DNA of 63,187 nucleotides, the filler included, from Salisapilia sapeloensis CBS 127946 (taxonomy: Eukaryota; Protista; Oomycota), in the NCBI GenBank assembly GCA_023334545.1. It is 17 parts of 17 records of this genome, joined end to end, with 100 filler letters (N's around TTAATTAATTAA, not from the genome) between each part and the next. Parts side by side here need not be neighbours in the genome. Positions count along the whole stretch, not along the records: positions 33,339 to 34,737 come from JAADVB010001165.1; positions 34,838 to 37,735 come from JAADVB010000822.1; positions 37,836 to 39,897 come from JAADVB010000969.1; positions 39,998 to 41,437 come from JAADVB010001147.1; positions 41,538 to 43,187 come from JAADVB010001076.1; 12 more parts are not named here. One strand, given 5' to 3'. The notes beneath the pieces are model-generated. The model saw only the letters and a list, made by a program, of their open reading frames with translations. It was not told the origin of the DNA and did not search any database. Below, in pieces: positions 33,568 through 43,187 of the stretch (its first letter is position 1; each line of letters opens with the position of its first letter). The position numbers were made by a program, and so were the translations under genes.

Positions 33568-34737
33568 CTAATCTGATCGGACCAGGTTACACATCTGATC
33601 CCCTTTCCCATAGGATCGTTAGTAAATCCTTCTGTCAATGCGTAACGGATAATAGTGGGTGAGAAATCTGATCCGCTTCCAAACAAAGAATTGGAAGATT
33701 TTTAACAAGAGACACGAGAACGTTTCATTTTTAAATTTTCGCTCAACTGCTCATGCCGAAAGGTCTGCCAAAACGTTGGATTAAACGTTCGGACGGTTGG
33801 ACTACCAAGACTACAACATCAAACGACTCTTTCGCTGTCTTCCTTTTGAACAACTGGATGTCTGAAGACCGCAATGCCGCATTCGAGAAAACCTCGATAC
33901 AAGAGGACACCATCGAGCGACTTAGAAGAAGTCAAGTGCGTCTCCAGTCCGAGTTACAACGGTCGTCAGAAGACGTGTATAACATCTCGATACGCACTTG
34001 CACGGGAACAAGAAGCAAGAAGACGAGATCGAGAGGAGACGAGAAGAATGGAAGCTGAAGCGCGAGCGGATCAACTTCGAAGAAGGACGCGTGCCTCGGA
34101 ACGAAGAATGTTACTTGGACATATTCGCCGCCTCGAGAGGATTGCCAATGTTCCAGAACAAGAAATCCTAAGGCTTGATTCAAGTTCGGACGACGAAGAC
34201 ATTGCCCAAAGAATGTTTCAGCCGGTTGCGACGCGTCCAGTGCGTGCGTTGGCAAGAAGATCGATTCCGCCTGCCGCTACAAGGGAAGAAGTTGTGTTAC
34301 CGGCCCAAGAAGAAGATGACGATGCGGACTTCCAGAGCGTGCTCGAACAAGCGGCGGAATTGCACAGATCACAAGAGAATACCCAAGTCGATACGCCGCC
34401 CTCTTCGAATGGTATGTTTGCTATAGCTTTGTATAATGAGCGTCTTGCTCAAGATGAATATATACAACAGCGGAGACTAGCGGGCGATGAAGATTTTGTC
34501 TATTGGGATTTTGTAGGCGATCTAAAGGAACACTTCCGCTTGCAGTTCCAAGAATAAATGTACTTTATTATTTTCTTTATGTCTTCCTTGTACACGTTGC
34601 TCTTACTTGTTATTAGTGTCTATTTTTAGAGTATGAAGAATCAGCATGATTCTTTATTATCCCCCATAGTTGGTGGTGGTATTCCTGAAGAGCTCTTGAG
34701 CTCATTATATATTAATACTAGAATAATGAGCTCAAGA
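33568..34737 (+). mobile_element. Unclassified single-ORF hairpin element, copy 1 (frameshifted ORF 33753-34557)
   Basis: Homologous over its whole length to the reverse complement of 60781-61961. ORF split by an apparent 1-nt insertion near 33990; stem-loop at 34684-34737 cut by the contig end. Confidence 0.7.
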
Positions 34738-34837
34738 NNNNNNNNNNNNNNNNNNNNNNNNNNNNNNNNNNNNNNNNNNNNTTAATTAATTAANNNNNNN
34801 NNNNNNNNNNNNNNNNNNNNNNNNNNNNNNNNNNNNN

Positions 34838-36881
34838 CATCGATTCTGCTTTGACCTCGATTGCTGATGGTGTTGATCATATCTCCCATGTCGACTGCCA
34901 CTTCATCACTTACAGACGTGGTTTTGGCCAAGCGATAGACTTGGCCGACGCTCTCTGCTGGAGACGGAAGCGCCTCATCCATCGATACGGAAGGCTCCAG
35001 TTTGTAGTAGAACTGCCGGATCTTGTCGGTTTCTCGCACCGCCTGCTTGCGGTACAACTCTGGCCAGTACGTGTCCGGCACGGGCTCTCTGTGGAGGAAG
35101 GGCAGGTCCTTGTGCGGAACGACGTGCAAGTAGCCATGCTCAGAGATCTCGATCTGCGGCAGCTCCCACCCTTTGTATCCGAGCTGGTCCAGGTAAGCGA
35201 CCAGGACCTCTCGGCGGTGTCTCGGCGGTACCTTGGTGGACACGAGTCGGGCGTATTCATCCGCAATGAGCAGTATTTCGTTCTTGTGTTCGCGCAAATT
35301 GAGCCACGTGAGCAAGTAGCCGACCCATAGGATGTTGATCAGAGTGAAGACGCCGACGGAGATGGCGACGAGCCCGACTTCCCCCACCGTTCCTCCAACG
35401 TCCAGTATGTTCGGCAGCTCCGAGAACGTCGAGGTCTCGACTGTCACGACAGATGTGACCAGGAAGCAAAAGTAGACGTACGTGTCCAGCGTGGTGAAGT
35501 AGGACACTTCCGGGAGCACCTGCGCCACATTGTACTTGAGCGTGACGGCCGTGAGAAGCAGCAGCAACACGATCTGGATGCGGTCGCCCATCGGGAGCGG
35601 ATCGTCCCCCACCGTCGCGAAGCACGTAAAGCTCAGGTACGTGATGATGCCGGCCGGGATGCCGACGTTGTTGATGTAGAAGCCAGACTGGCGCTCGAGC
35701 ACCACTTCGAACTCCACCGCCTTCCAGTCGTCCTCTTCGTGGATCTCGGCGATGAACACGTTGTCTCCGTACACGACGTCGTAGATGTTGCTCAGCTTAA
35801 AGTTACGCAGCTCCAGGCGACCTGGGCCGGAGGGAGCAGGGGTGATGCTCACGAGGTCGCCGACGCCCTTCGTCGCGTCGAAGGGGAAGCGCAGCTTGAT
35901 CTGATCGAAGGGAAAGTAGTAGAGGTTCATCTCCGTGTTGAACGTCGCCCTCACGCGGCCGGTGCTCTTGAGGTGGTACACGTGCTCTTTCCTCTCCTCC
36001 TTCGTGAACGGGTCCGAGTACTCGATGCGGCCGGCATGCACCACGAACGAGTCGAGCTCGTCCTCATCCGTCTTGCTGACGAGGTTGGAAAACTCGAACG
36101 CCTCCTCCTTCACCTTGAGCACGTCCAGAAGCTCCTCCACCATGGCCTCCTCCGCCACGGCGGTGATGGAGCACAGAGAGAACTCCCACGTGAGGTCGGC
36201 GGTAAACGTCTGCTCCTTCGTGTCCAAGCTCATGATGCTGTGGATCGTCATCTTCACCTCCGCCGGCTCCAGACCCACGAAGAGCCTCATACGCAGTGGA
36301 CTCGGCAGCTCCTCCACGCGGGAAGCTACCTGGTCGCTCAACCTTTCAGACGTCCGCACAAACTCCTCCAGAGACGGCGCTTCGTTCTCATCTAGGAACC
36401 AGTGCGTCTTCTTCCGCCACTCGCCCAGCTCCATGCGCCACTGAAACACCTCCGTGTGGACGCCTCGAGCTTCTCGGTCGGCTATCTGCTCCGCATACGC
36501 GTCGACCTCATCGGCAGTCAGCTCCGTCTTCTTCCGACTCGTGCATTTGATATGCCTACGAGTCTTATCGACCTTCGTGATGCGCCAGATGCCGCCAATC
36601 GGCCACCCAAAGCAGACGTGGGAAGTCTCGGCGAGGTACGTCGAGGGAATCGGATTCGTCAAGCTCGCCGTTAGCAGGTACACGATGTCCTCGTTCGTCC
36701 GGTCGATCGTCACGTGCTCTAGCTTGAGCTTGTACGTGTTCACGCCCACCGTCCACTCTCGCAGCTCATCTGAGGAAATGTGCAGTCCGTTCGTCCGCGA
36801 GGGAGCGTGCGCCGTCTCGTTCCACGCGATCTCTTCCTCCATTTGATTCCGCTCGAGTGTCCATCTGCTCATCGTGGTCAT
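34838..36881 (-). CDS. Cys-less (Pro-loop) pentameric ligand-gated ion channel homologue; 3' end truncated
   Basis: EVKMTIHSIMSLDTKEQTFTADL; Pro-loop FNTEMNLYYFPFDQ with no flanking Cys; pre-M1 VLERQSGFY; M1 IP; M2 DRIQIVLLLLLTAVTLKY; LPEVSYFTTLD; four TM helices. Confidence 0.85.
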
Positions 36882-37172
36882 CTGGATGGGTACAAATATG
36901 CATTCTCAGAGGTTCCAAGTTTCCACTGACGATTGGAGAGGTTTCGGATGCAGGTCATGGCTCTTGGCTCCAGAGAAGGGTGCAGCGGTCTAGGAGAATT
37001 ATAACAATGGAAGGGAAGGGAGCGTATGGACAGTGGGTGATACGTTCAACTAGGACCATTCATTCGCGCAGGTTACGAGATCTACTATCCGTCTACTCCT
37101 TCCACTAGTATTCGGTCAACGCCGGCACTTGCAACCTTCGACTTGTGTAGAGAAGCCCCTACGGCGGCCAAC

Positions 37173-37439
37173 TTAGCGACGGTCATTTCGACGACGGCCA
37201 CCTCCGCGACCAAATTTCCGGTTGCGGTCGTCGTACCAGCGACCCTTCCACCAGTACTCCTGCGGGCCGATTCCTACACATCCATAAAGCGTCAAAGAAC
37301 TTCCCAGAGACAAGCATGAAAGCGTATATAGTTTACCGTCAGCAGCTTCCACCGAGGACTTTGCCTCCTCTGCAGCAGTAGAGGTCGTCGTCAAGACAAG
37401 GGCGGCGGCAAAGATAGCGAGGGTGAAAAAGCTTTTCAT
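37173..37439 (-). CDS. Small secreted prepro-peptide with a cationic Trp/Arg-rich C-terminus (67 aa)
   Basis: Exons 37439-37337 and 37273-37173 around a 63-nt GT-AG intron: MKSFFTLAIFAAALVLTTTSTA-AEEAKSSVEAADGIGPQE-YWWKGRWYDDRNRKFGRGGGRRRNDRR. Confidence 0.75.
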   Translation of the reverse strand: MKSFFTLAIFAAALVLTTTSTAAEEAKSSVEAADGKLYTLSCLSLGSSLTLYGCVGIGPQEYWWKGRWYDDRNRKFGRGGGRRRNDRR

Positions 37440-37484
37440 GGTGGTGTGCGTATTCCGGAATGAGCTGCTTGGGGCCGACAATGT

Positions 37485-37498
37485 AAATTGCGGAATGG
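37485..37498 (-). promoter_or_regulatory. Oomycete-type Inr/FPR core promoter
   Basis: CCATTCCGCAATTT on the minus strand, 46 nt upstream of the peptide ATG. Close to the oomycete TCATTYYNCAWTTT consensus. Confidence 0.6.
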
Positions 37499-38394
37499 GA
37501 GGAGGTGGGCAAGCAAAGCGACTTTGCTGCATACACAAAGAACGGCTCGTTTCATTTCCAAAGAATCGCTCTACATCTTTCTGAGCGTATAGACTCGGCC
37601 GACCTTGGGCATTTCCAGGCCTGGCACACATCAAGAAATTGCTCAGCTCTTGTGCAGTCGGATCCGTCCATCCATCCATCATATGCAGAGTCCATCCAGA
37701 GTGAAAATGTTTTGGAAGCCTCCCGAACGTGAGCANNNNNNNNNNNNNNNNNNNNNNNNNNNNNNNNNNNNNNNNNNNNTTAATTAATTAANNNNNNNNN
37801 NNNNNNNNNNNNNNNNNNNNNNNNNNNNNNNNNNNCCTGACCAACCGCCGCGCCATGCACGACATGACGGCGTCCAACGTCGAGACCGAGCTCCCGGACC
37901 CGAGCGTCCACCACGCGTCCGAGGCCGCGTAAGCTGCAGTGTCAAGTGCCCAATGATTATGTCTACTCGTAAGTTGCGTAGGCTTCCTTCTCGATGAAGC
38001 GTAAAGCATGGAATGAAATGAATCAATTAGTTGTAGTGTTGTGTGGGACCTGGTTGCTCGGTGGCTTTGTGGCTCTCAAAGGCTTCTAGCGTAGATGTAT
38101 CCCTCACATTTATGTAGACCGTGCCAACTGGGCATTGGATTTAAACTCGCAGAGGTCGTTTTTTGAAGTTTCCAATCATCATTATTCAACCTGGAAATAG
38201 ATCGCTCAGATACGGTCATCCGTTTAAAATTAGACATTTGATTCCGTCTAAAATAGATTGGATCAGCAAGAGGGGCAAGCGAAACCAGTTCCGTCACACC
38301 CCAATCATCTCCGCGTAAAGGCCACGAACTCAAGCACTTTCCGTCTTTCATCCGATCAAGCGGAACATCATCCTCACCGACCCTAGTTTCAAAG

Positions 38395-39567
38395 ATGTCC
38401 AACTTTCGACCAAAGTTCATGAAGGCTGGCTCCACTGCTAAGCTAAGAGACACGGGGAACGCGCCTTCCGCTGCAGCAGCGAACATTGTATCACCAAAAG
38501 GTATTGCAACAAAGACTCCTGCTGGTAGTGAGCATTCGATTGGTCTTCAGCGTCGGCGATTGTCGCTTATGAGTGACAACAAACTAGTCGACGGTATGGC
38601 AGGAGCTTCGATAAATGACATGAGCAACGGAATTACTTCTGGAGATGACTTGTCATTCCCTTCTTGTATTGTCAGTGTGTCAGGTATGTCCAAGAAGGGG
38701 TATGCTCCTTACAATCCACGTAAGAAGAATCAGGATTCCATGATCATCCAGCAACATCCAGCAACTCGCTCTGTTCTCTTGTGCGTGTTGGACGGACATG
38801 GTGAAGCTGGCGATGGTGTGTCCAACTTTCTCCGAGATCGCTATCCGGAAGAGTTGTTCAAACATCCAAAGTTTGCGAGCTCCAAACCGGAGGACGTTCA
38901 AACGGCAATTGGAGAGTCATTGAATACGATTGAGAAGACTCTTATTCGTAATGGTGCCATTGATACCGAGTTCAGTGGATCGACTGCTGTGCTCACAGTA
39001 TTCCGAGATGATCTTATTATTGTCGGCAACGTCGGTGACTCCCGCATCTCGCGTGCGTATTATCAGTCGGAAACGGACAAGACAATCCGTAGTGATGGTA
39101 TCTCGATCGATCACAAGCCAGACCTTCCAGAAGAGAAAGCACGCATCATTGCGAGCGGTGGTCGCGTCTTTGCAGTAGAGTACGACGACGGCATTGATGG
39201 ACCGCCTCGTGTATGGCTAGGCCACATGGATGTACCAGGTCTTGCAATGTCACGTTCCATTGGAGATGGTGTTGCGCATACGGCTGGTGTTATATCGACA
39301 CCAGAGTACCATACGTACAAGGTGCAACCAACTGACAAGTGCTTCGTCATTGCCACGGATGGTTTATGGGAATTTATGACGAATGATGAAGTCATGGGTA
39401 TAGCAATGGCCCACACGGATCCCAAGGAAGCGGTCGAACAACTTGTGAAGGAAGCGAACAGGCGCTGGATGAAGGAAGAGCAAGTGGTGGATGATACGAC
39501 TGTCATTGTCGTCTACGCTGATACGACGACTATGAAGTCTTCAAATGAGGTTACTACGAAGAGTTAG
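38395..39567 (+). CDS. Protein phosphatase 2C (PPM family)
   Basis: NQDS, VLDGHG, SGSTA, GNVGDSR, DHKPDLPEEKARI, GLAMSRSIGD, IATDGLWEF, DDTTVIV. Confidence 0.95.
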   Translation: MSNFRPKFMKAGSTAKLRDTGNAPSAAAANIVSPKGIATKTPAGSEHSIGLQRRRLSLMSDNKLVDGMAGASINDMSNGITSGDDLSFPSCIVSVSGMSKKGYAPYNPRKKNQDSMIIQQHPATRSVLLCVLDGHGEAGDGVSNFLRDRYPEELFKHPKFASSKPEDVQTAIGESLNTIEKTLIRNGAIDTEFSGSTAVLTVFRDDLIIVGNVGDSRISRAYYQSETDKTIRSDGISIDHKPDLPEEKARIIASGGRVFAVEYDDGIDGPPRVWLGHMDVPGLAMSRSIGDGVAHTAGVISTPEYHTYKVQPTDKCFVIATDGLWEFMTNDEVMGIAMAHTDPKEAVEQLVKEANRRWMKEEQVVDDTTVIVVYADTTTMKSSNEVTTKS

Positions 39568-39684
39568 TAAGTGAGGTGCAGACTAGTAGGAAGTAGAGAT
39601 AACAAATGAATACAAGTCGATACCTACCTTTAACCAATGTCACATTCCAGCGCTTTATGCGATAAAGAGAGTCTTCAGCGACAT

Positions 39685-39897
39685 CTAGTGTTTTTCGACG
39701 AGGATCGCGAGTACACTTAGCCCCACAACCACAAAAAGAATGAGCAAAATTTTAACCATAAACATCTTTCCTCCCATCGGTTCCATATCCGAATCGCCCT
39801 TCCCGCCCTCCTCCGCGCCCGTCCCATGGTCATAGTGCAACGGAATGAAATCGATGCGACGGAAACCTTGCGTGTTCCGAAGATGCTCGTTCTCCAA
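39685..39897 (-). CDS. 3' fragment of a membrane-anchored protein
   Basis: Open from the contig end; finishes with a hydrophobic stretch KILLILFVVVGLSVLAILV and a short EKH tail. Confidence 0.4.
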   Translation of the reverse strand: MENEHLRNTQGFRRIDFIPLHYDHGTGAEEGGKGDSDMEPMGGKMFMVKILLILFVVVGLSVLAILVEKH

Positions 39898-40072
39898 NNN
39901 NNNNNNNNNNNNNNNNNNNNNNNNNNNNNNNNNNNNNNNNNTTAATTAATTAANNNNNNNNNNNNNNNNNNNNNNNNNNNNNNNNNNNNNNNNNNNNCAT
40001 TCACAAGAATCAAACATGACTTGTGGCCAACACTGTTATTCGCAGTGGATTTTGCGCCGTCTATGCGCAGTT

Positions 40073-40163
40073 TGGGGCCTGGAGAGTGCGACTCCACTGC
40101 CATCGCATTTTCCGTGACTTGGCCAGTAAGGGGCCCCACCCTTACTGTCCGTTTCCGTTTTTT
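40073..40163 (-). promoter_or_regulatory. Programmed -1 ribosomal frameshift signal (slippery site + hairpin/pseudoknot)
   Basis: A AAA AAC in the gag frame (40163-40157); 6-nt spacer; stem CAGTAAGGG/CCCTTACTG; loop TGGGGC complementary to GCCCCA at 40078-40073. Confidence 0.75.
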
Positions 40164-41185
40164 GTGCTGTCGGCCCTACCTTGCGCACGCCGCGAGGTGT
40201 CGACACTGCCTTGTCGGCGATAGCCATTGTTTGTGGCTCTAGAAGAGACATTGACACGACAATTGCGCGCAAAGTGTCCAGGTTTACCGCACCGGAAACA
40301 CTTTCGCACTTGACGCTGGCGGTTAGGCATACTTGTTTCTTCTGTGATCGCATCAACTTCCATGGGTTCTGGGCCTGAAGTCGCTTGCCGTGGGAATTGT
40401 CTAAAAGAACGTACTCCATTTGATTGATATCTGGCTTGTTTCAGACTAAAGTCTTCTTGTAACGCCATACTGATAGCGTGTTCCATAGTAGACGGGTACT
40501 GACGGAACAAAAATGTCTTGATGACTCCATCATTCAGTCCCTTCATGAACGTAACTACCTGGGTCGCAGAGTCAATGGGATCACTAACAATGCTTGACAC
40601 AAGATAGCGAGCGCGTTGAGCATACGCATGAATATCATCACGACCCTGTCGCAAGTTGAGAAATTCTGCGCGTGCACGAAACTCGCATTTCGGAGGTTCG
40701 AAAGCTTGCTTTAACTCATACTTGAATGACTCGTACGTTGGAAAGCAATTTGGATCAGAAAGGCGTCGTCCAAATGCCCAGCTACGTGCTCTTCCGGTTA
40801 GCTTGGATATGGCAAAAGCCACACGCTGTCCTTCATCGACGACCTGACGTGCGTTCAAGGCCGTGTCAACTTCGACGAACCATCGAAGCAAGGGCTCGTT
40901 TTCTTGTCCACGGTACGTCATGACATCAATCTTGATCGGGGAGATCCTTTGTGGAGCAGGAGTTGCTGGCTGCGAGGATCTCATTGCTTCTTCGTTGCGC
41001 ATGAAGGCCACGGCCGCTTGTTTTTGTGCCTCGGCCGATGAAGTGCGCAGCAAATGTGCCACACTGCCTTCGCCGATGGTACTGACCATGCGTTCGTATG
41101 CGTGCCATTCCTCCATCGTTAGATGAGGAAAATCGTCTTTCGTCCATTGCTGAAGGTCGCTCGGTTGACCTTGGGTAGGATCCAT
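40142..41185 (-). CDS. gag: Retrotransposon Gag (347 aa, CCHC zinc knuckle)
   Basis: WFVEVD...VAFAISKLTGRARSW...FKYELKQAF; VTFMKGL; GPEPMEVD; CX2CX4HX4C. Confidence 0.9.
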   Translation of the reverse strand: MDPTQGQPSDLQQWTKDDFPHLTMEEWHAYERMVSTIGEGSVAHLLRTSSAEAQKQAAVAFMRNEEAMRSSQPATPAPQRISPIKIDVMTYRGQENEPLLRWFVEVDTALNARQVVDEGQRVAFAISKLTGRARSWAFGRRLSDPNCFPTYESFKYELKQAFEPPKCEFRARAEFLNLRQGRDDIHAYAQRARYLVSSIVSDPIDSATQVVTFMKGLNDGVIKTFLFRQYPSTMEHAISMALQEDFSLKQARYQSNGVRSFRQFPRQATSGPEPMEVDAITEETSMPNRQRQVRKCFRCGKPGHFARNCRVNVSSRATNNGYRRQGSVDTSRRAQGRADSTKNGNGQ

Positions 41186-41683
41186 GTTGGCTCGTACCCA
41201 GTCGTCGGGTGATGGAAAGACCAACTAGTGCTACCAGGTGTAACGAGACACGTTTCTTCTCTACCTCCAGGGGAAGGAAAGATAGAGGTATTCAAACGGA
41301 TCCTAAAAGGTATCCGAAGCTCGGTGGAGAGGAGGAAGGCACTTGAGTAGTAGAAAGCAAAATTGCAACTGAATTGAAAATGTTAGAAAGCTAGACTATG
41401 TCCTATCCTGTCCTACCTTGTTGGTTGGCTGAGGTCGNNNNNNNNNNNNNNNNNNNNNNNNNNNNNNNNNNNNNNNNNNNNTTAATTAATTAANNNNNNN
41501 NNNNNNNNNNNNNNNNNNNNNNNNNNNNNNNNNNNNNCAAGCGTAAGGCACCTCACACGTGCCCGCGAGCGCTATAACAAGCACGCCAGAAATGGTTCCC
41601 GTCGGATCGTCTCCACTCTCATCAATGGACATGTCACCCTAATATCATTCGTAAATCTCCACGCTATCACCGACTTCAAACTT

Positions 41684-43187
41684 ATGACGACACATTGGAC
41701 AGCAGATGCCTATGAAGGCTTTCAACTCTCGGATGAAAAAAGGCTGACTGCAAGCGCATCGCGATGATACTCGTACACGAAGCGTTCCGCCATTACTAAA
41801 AGTTTGATCGTTCGGTACCCCGAGAAATGGACGCTGAACGCTGGAAACCTACCAAGTCGTCCAACAATGTGACCATGTACCGTGAGCGGCATCCATCTCG
41901 ACGCGTGGTGAAAGATTCATACACCGAAAGTGCTGGATGGCAAATTCCTCGTGTCATCGTCGGTAATGGGACGATTCCAAGCAGTATGGATGATATCTTA
42001 TACGGTGTCGTAAATGGCGATGAGGCAGCACTTTTGCAAAGTGCGAATTACGCTGGGCAACCAATGACGAATGCCCAATATCTCTCGACAATTGAGAAAC
42101 CAACTCCCGAGCATCCTTATCGATCCACTGTTGTCCAATGGCATGCTGGGACTCCAAGTCCAGCACTCCGAGGAGTAGTCAAAGACCGAGATTATCTTTA
42201 CATTTGAGCGACTGGAGTTCTCCAGGTCAGCAAAGACAAGCGCATTGGCTTCTATATAATGCATTCAGTCGACTTGCCATCCACTCCACCGCTAGAAGGA
42301 AGAGGCATTATACGAACCCGTGCTTCGTCTTGTGTCCTTTTCATGCCTACTTCTGATCAGTCGGTCGAAGTATTTACTAAATCTTACTATGAAGTATTTG
42401 GAAACAATCTCCTCGACTCTATCGCTGTGGTCACCTTGACCAGTGCACTCATGGATACTTGGTCCTCAGCCCATTGTGCGAAAATGAAGAAAGTTTCGTG
42501 GCTCCTTCAGAGAAAAAATGTGAACAAGAATGATGTCATGAGCTTTGTTAGCAACGGGGAAGCTGAAAGCAAGTCAAACTGTCGCTCTTGTAAAAAGAAG
42601 TTTGGGCCCTTACGCAAAGCTTACCCCTGCACCTTGTGTGATTCATTCATCTGTGGGAAATGCGTTCTTGTTCTGGAATTACTCGAGGCCGGCCCCGAGC
42701 TGAAGTTAATGGCCAAGAAGATTCGCCTCTGTCCCGCTTGCGACCAACTCACCAATCAGGTCAGCTCGTATAAAGTAGCCCGACAAGAAATTCGGGCTGG
42801 ACGGTATGAAAAAGATGGCAGCGGATCTACCACCGTCGACCCATCTAGGATCTCCCAGTTGACGGAAGAAACGAGTGCATGGTCGGGCAGAGAATCCTGC
42901 GCTGGCAAAGTTTATGAGTTTGGCTCCGATCAGTGTAGTCCTTCGACTGAAGGTTCGCTAAGCGCCTTTGCTCAGTTCATGTCGATTAGTGACGAAACTC
43001 CGATCATCGAGTCCAAAGCAAGTTCTGTGGATGAGGGCTCAATTATGCGAGGCGCTTCGACTGATTCAGAGGAATGGGATATGATAATTGAAAATGTATG
43101 GAGGACCAGCTCGGTGGAGCTTGATTTGAAAGACCGAGAGCGTGATCGGCAGCTAGCGTGGCTAAAGATGACTGAGCTGCGACTTCG
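41684..43187 (+). pseudogene. START-like + FYVE-like zinc finger protein (oomycete-expanded family), disrupted
   Basis: RWKPTKSSNNVTMYRER, VKDRDYLYI*ATG, GFYIMHSVDLP, CRSCKKKF...CTLC...CGKC...LCPAC. In-frame TGA at 42205-42207 plus a TAA and frameshift in the 5' part. Confidence 0.75.

Larger units (their letters stand above)
39998..41437 (-). mobile_element. Ty3/gypsy LTR retrotransposon 5' end (partial LTR, PBS, gag, start of pol)
   Basis: LTR 41239-41437 ending GTTACA; PBS-like TGGTAGCACTAG at 41225-41236; gag 41185-40142 with Retrotrans_gag-type segment and CFRCGKPGHFARNC knuckle; the -1 frame is open to the contig end. Confidence 0.92.

Noticed and set aside
37836-37935. YAASDAWW fragment resembling 3'-5' exonuclease motif III
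   Set aside because: About 30 codons at a contig edge; not enough to assign.
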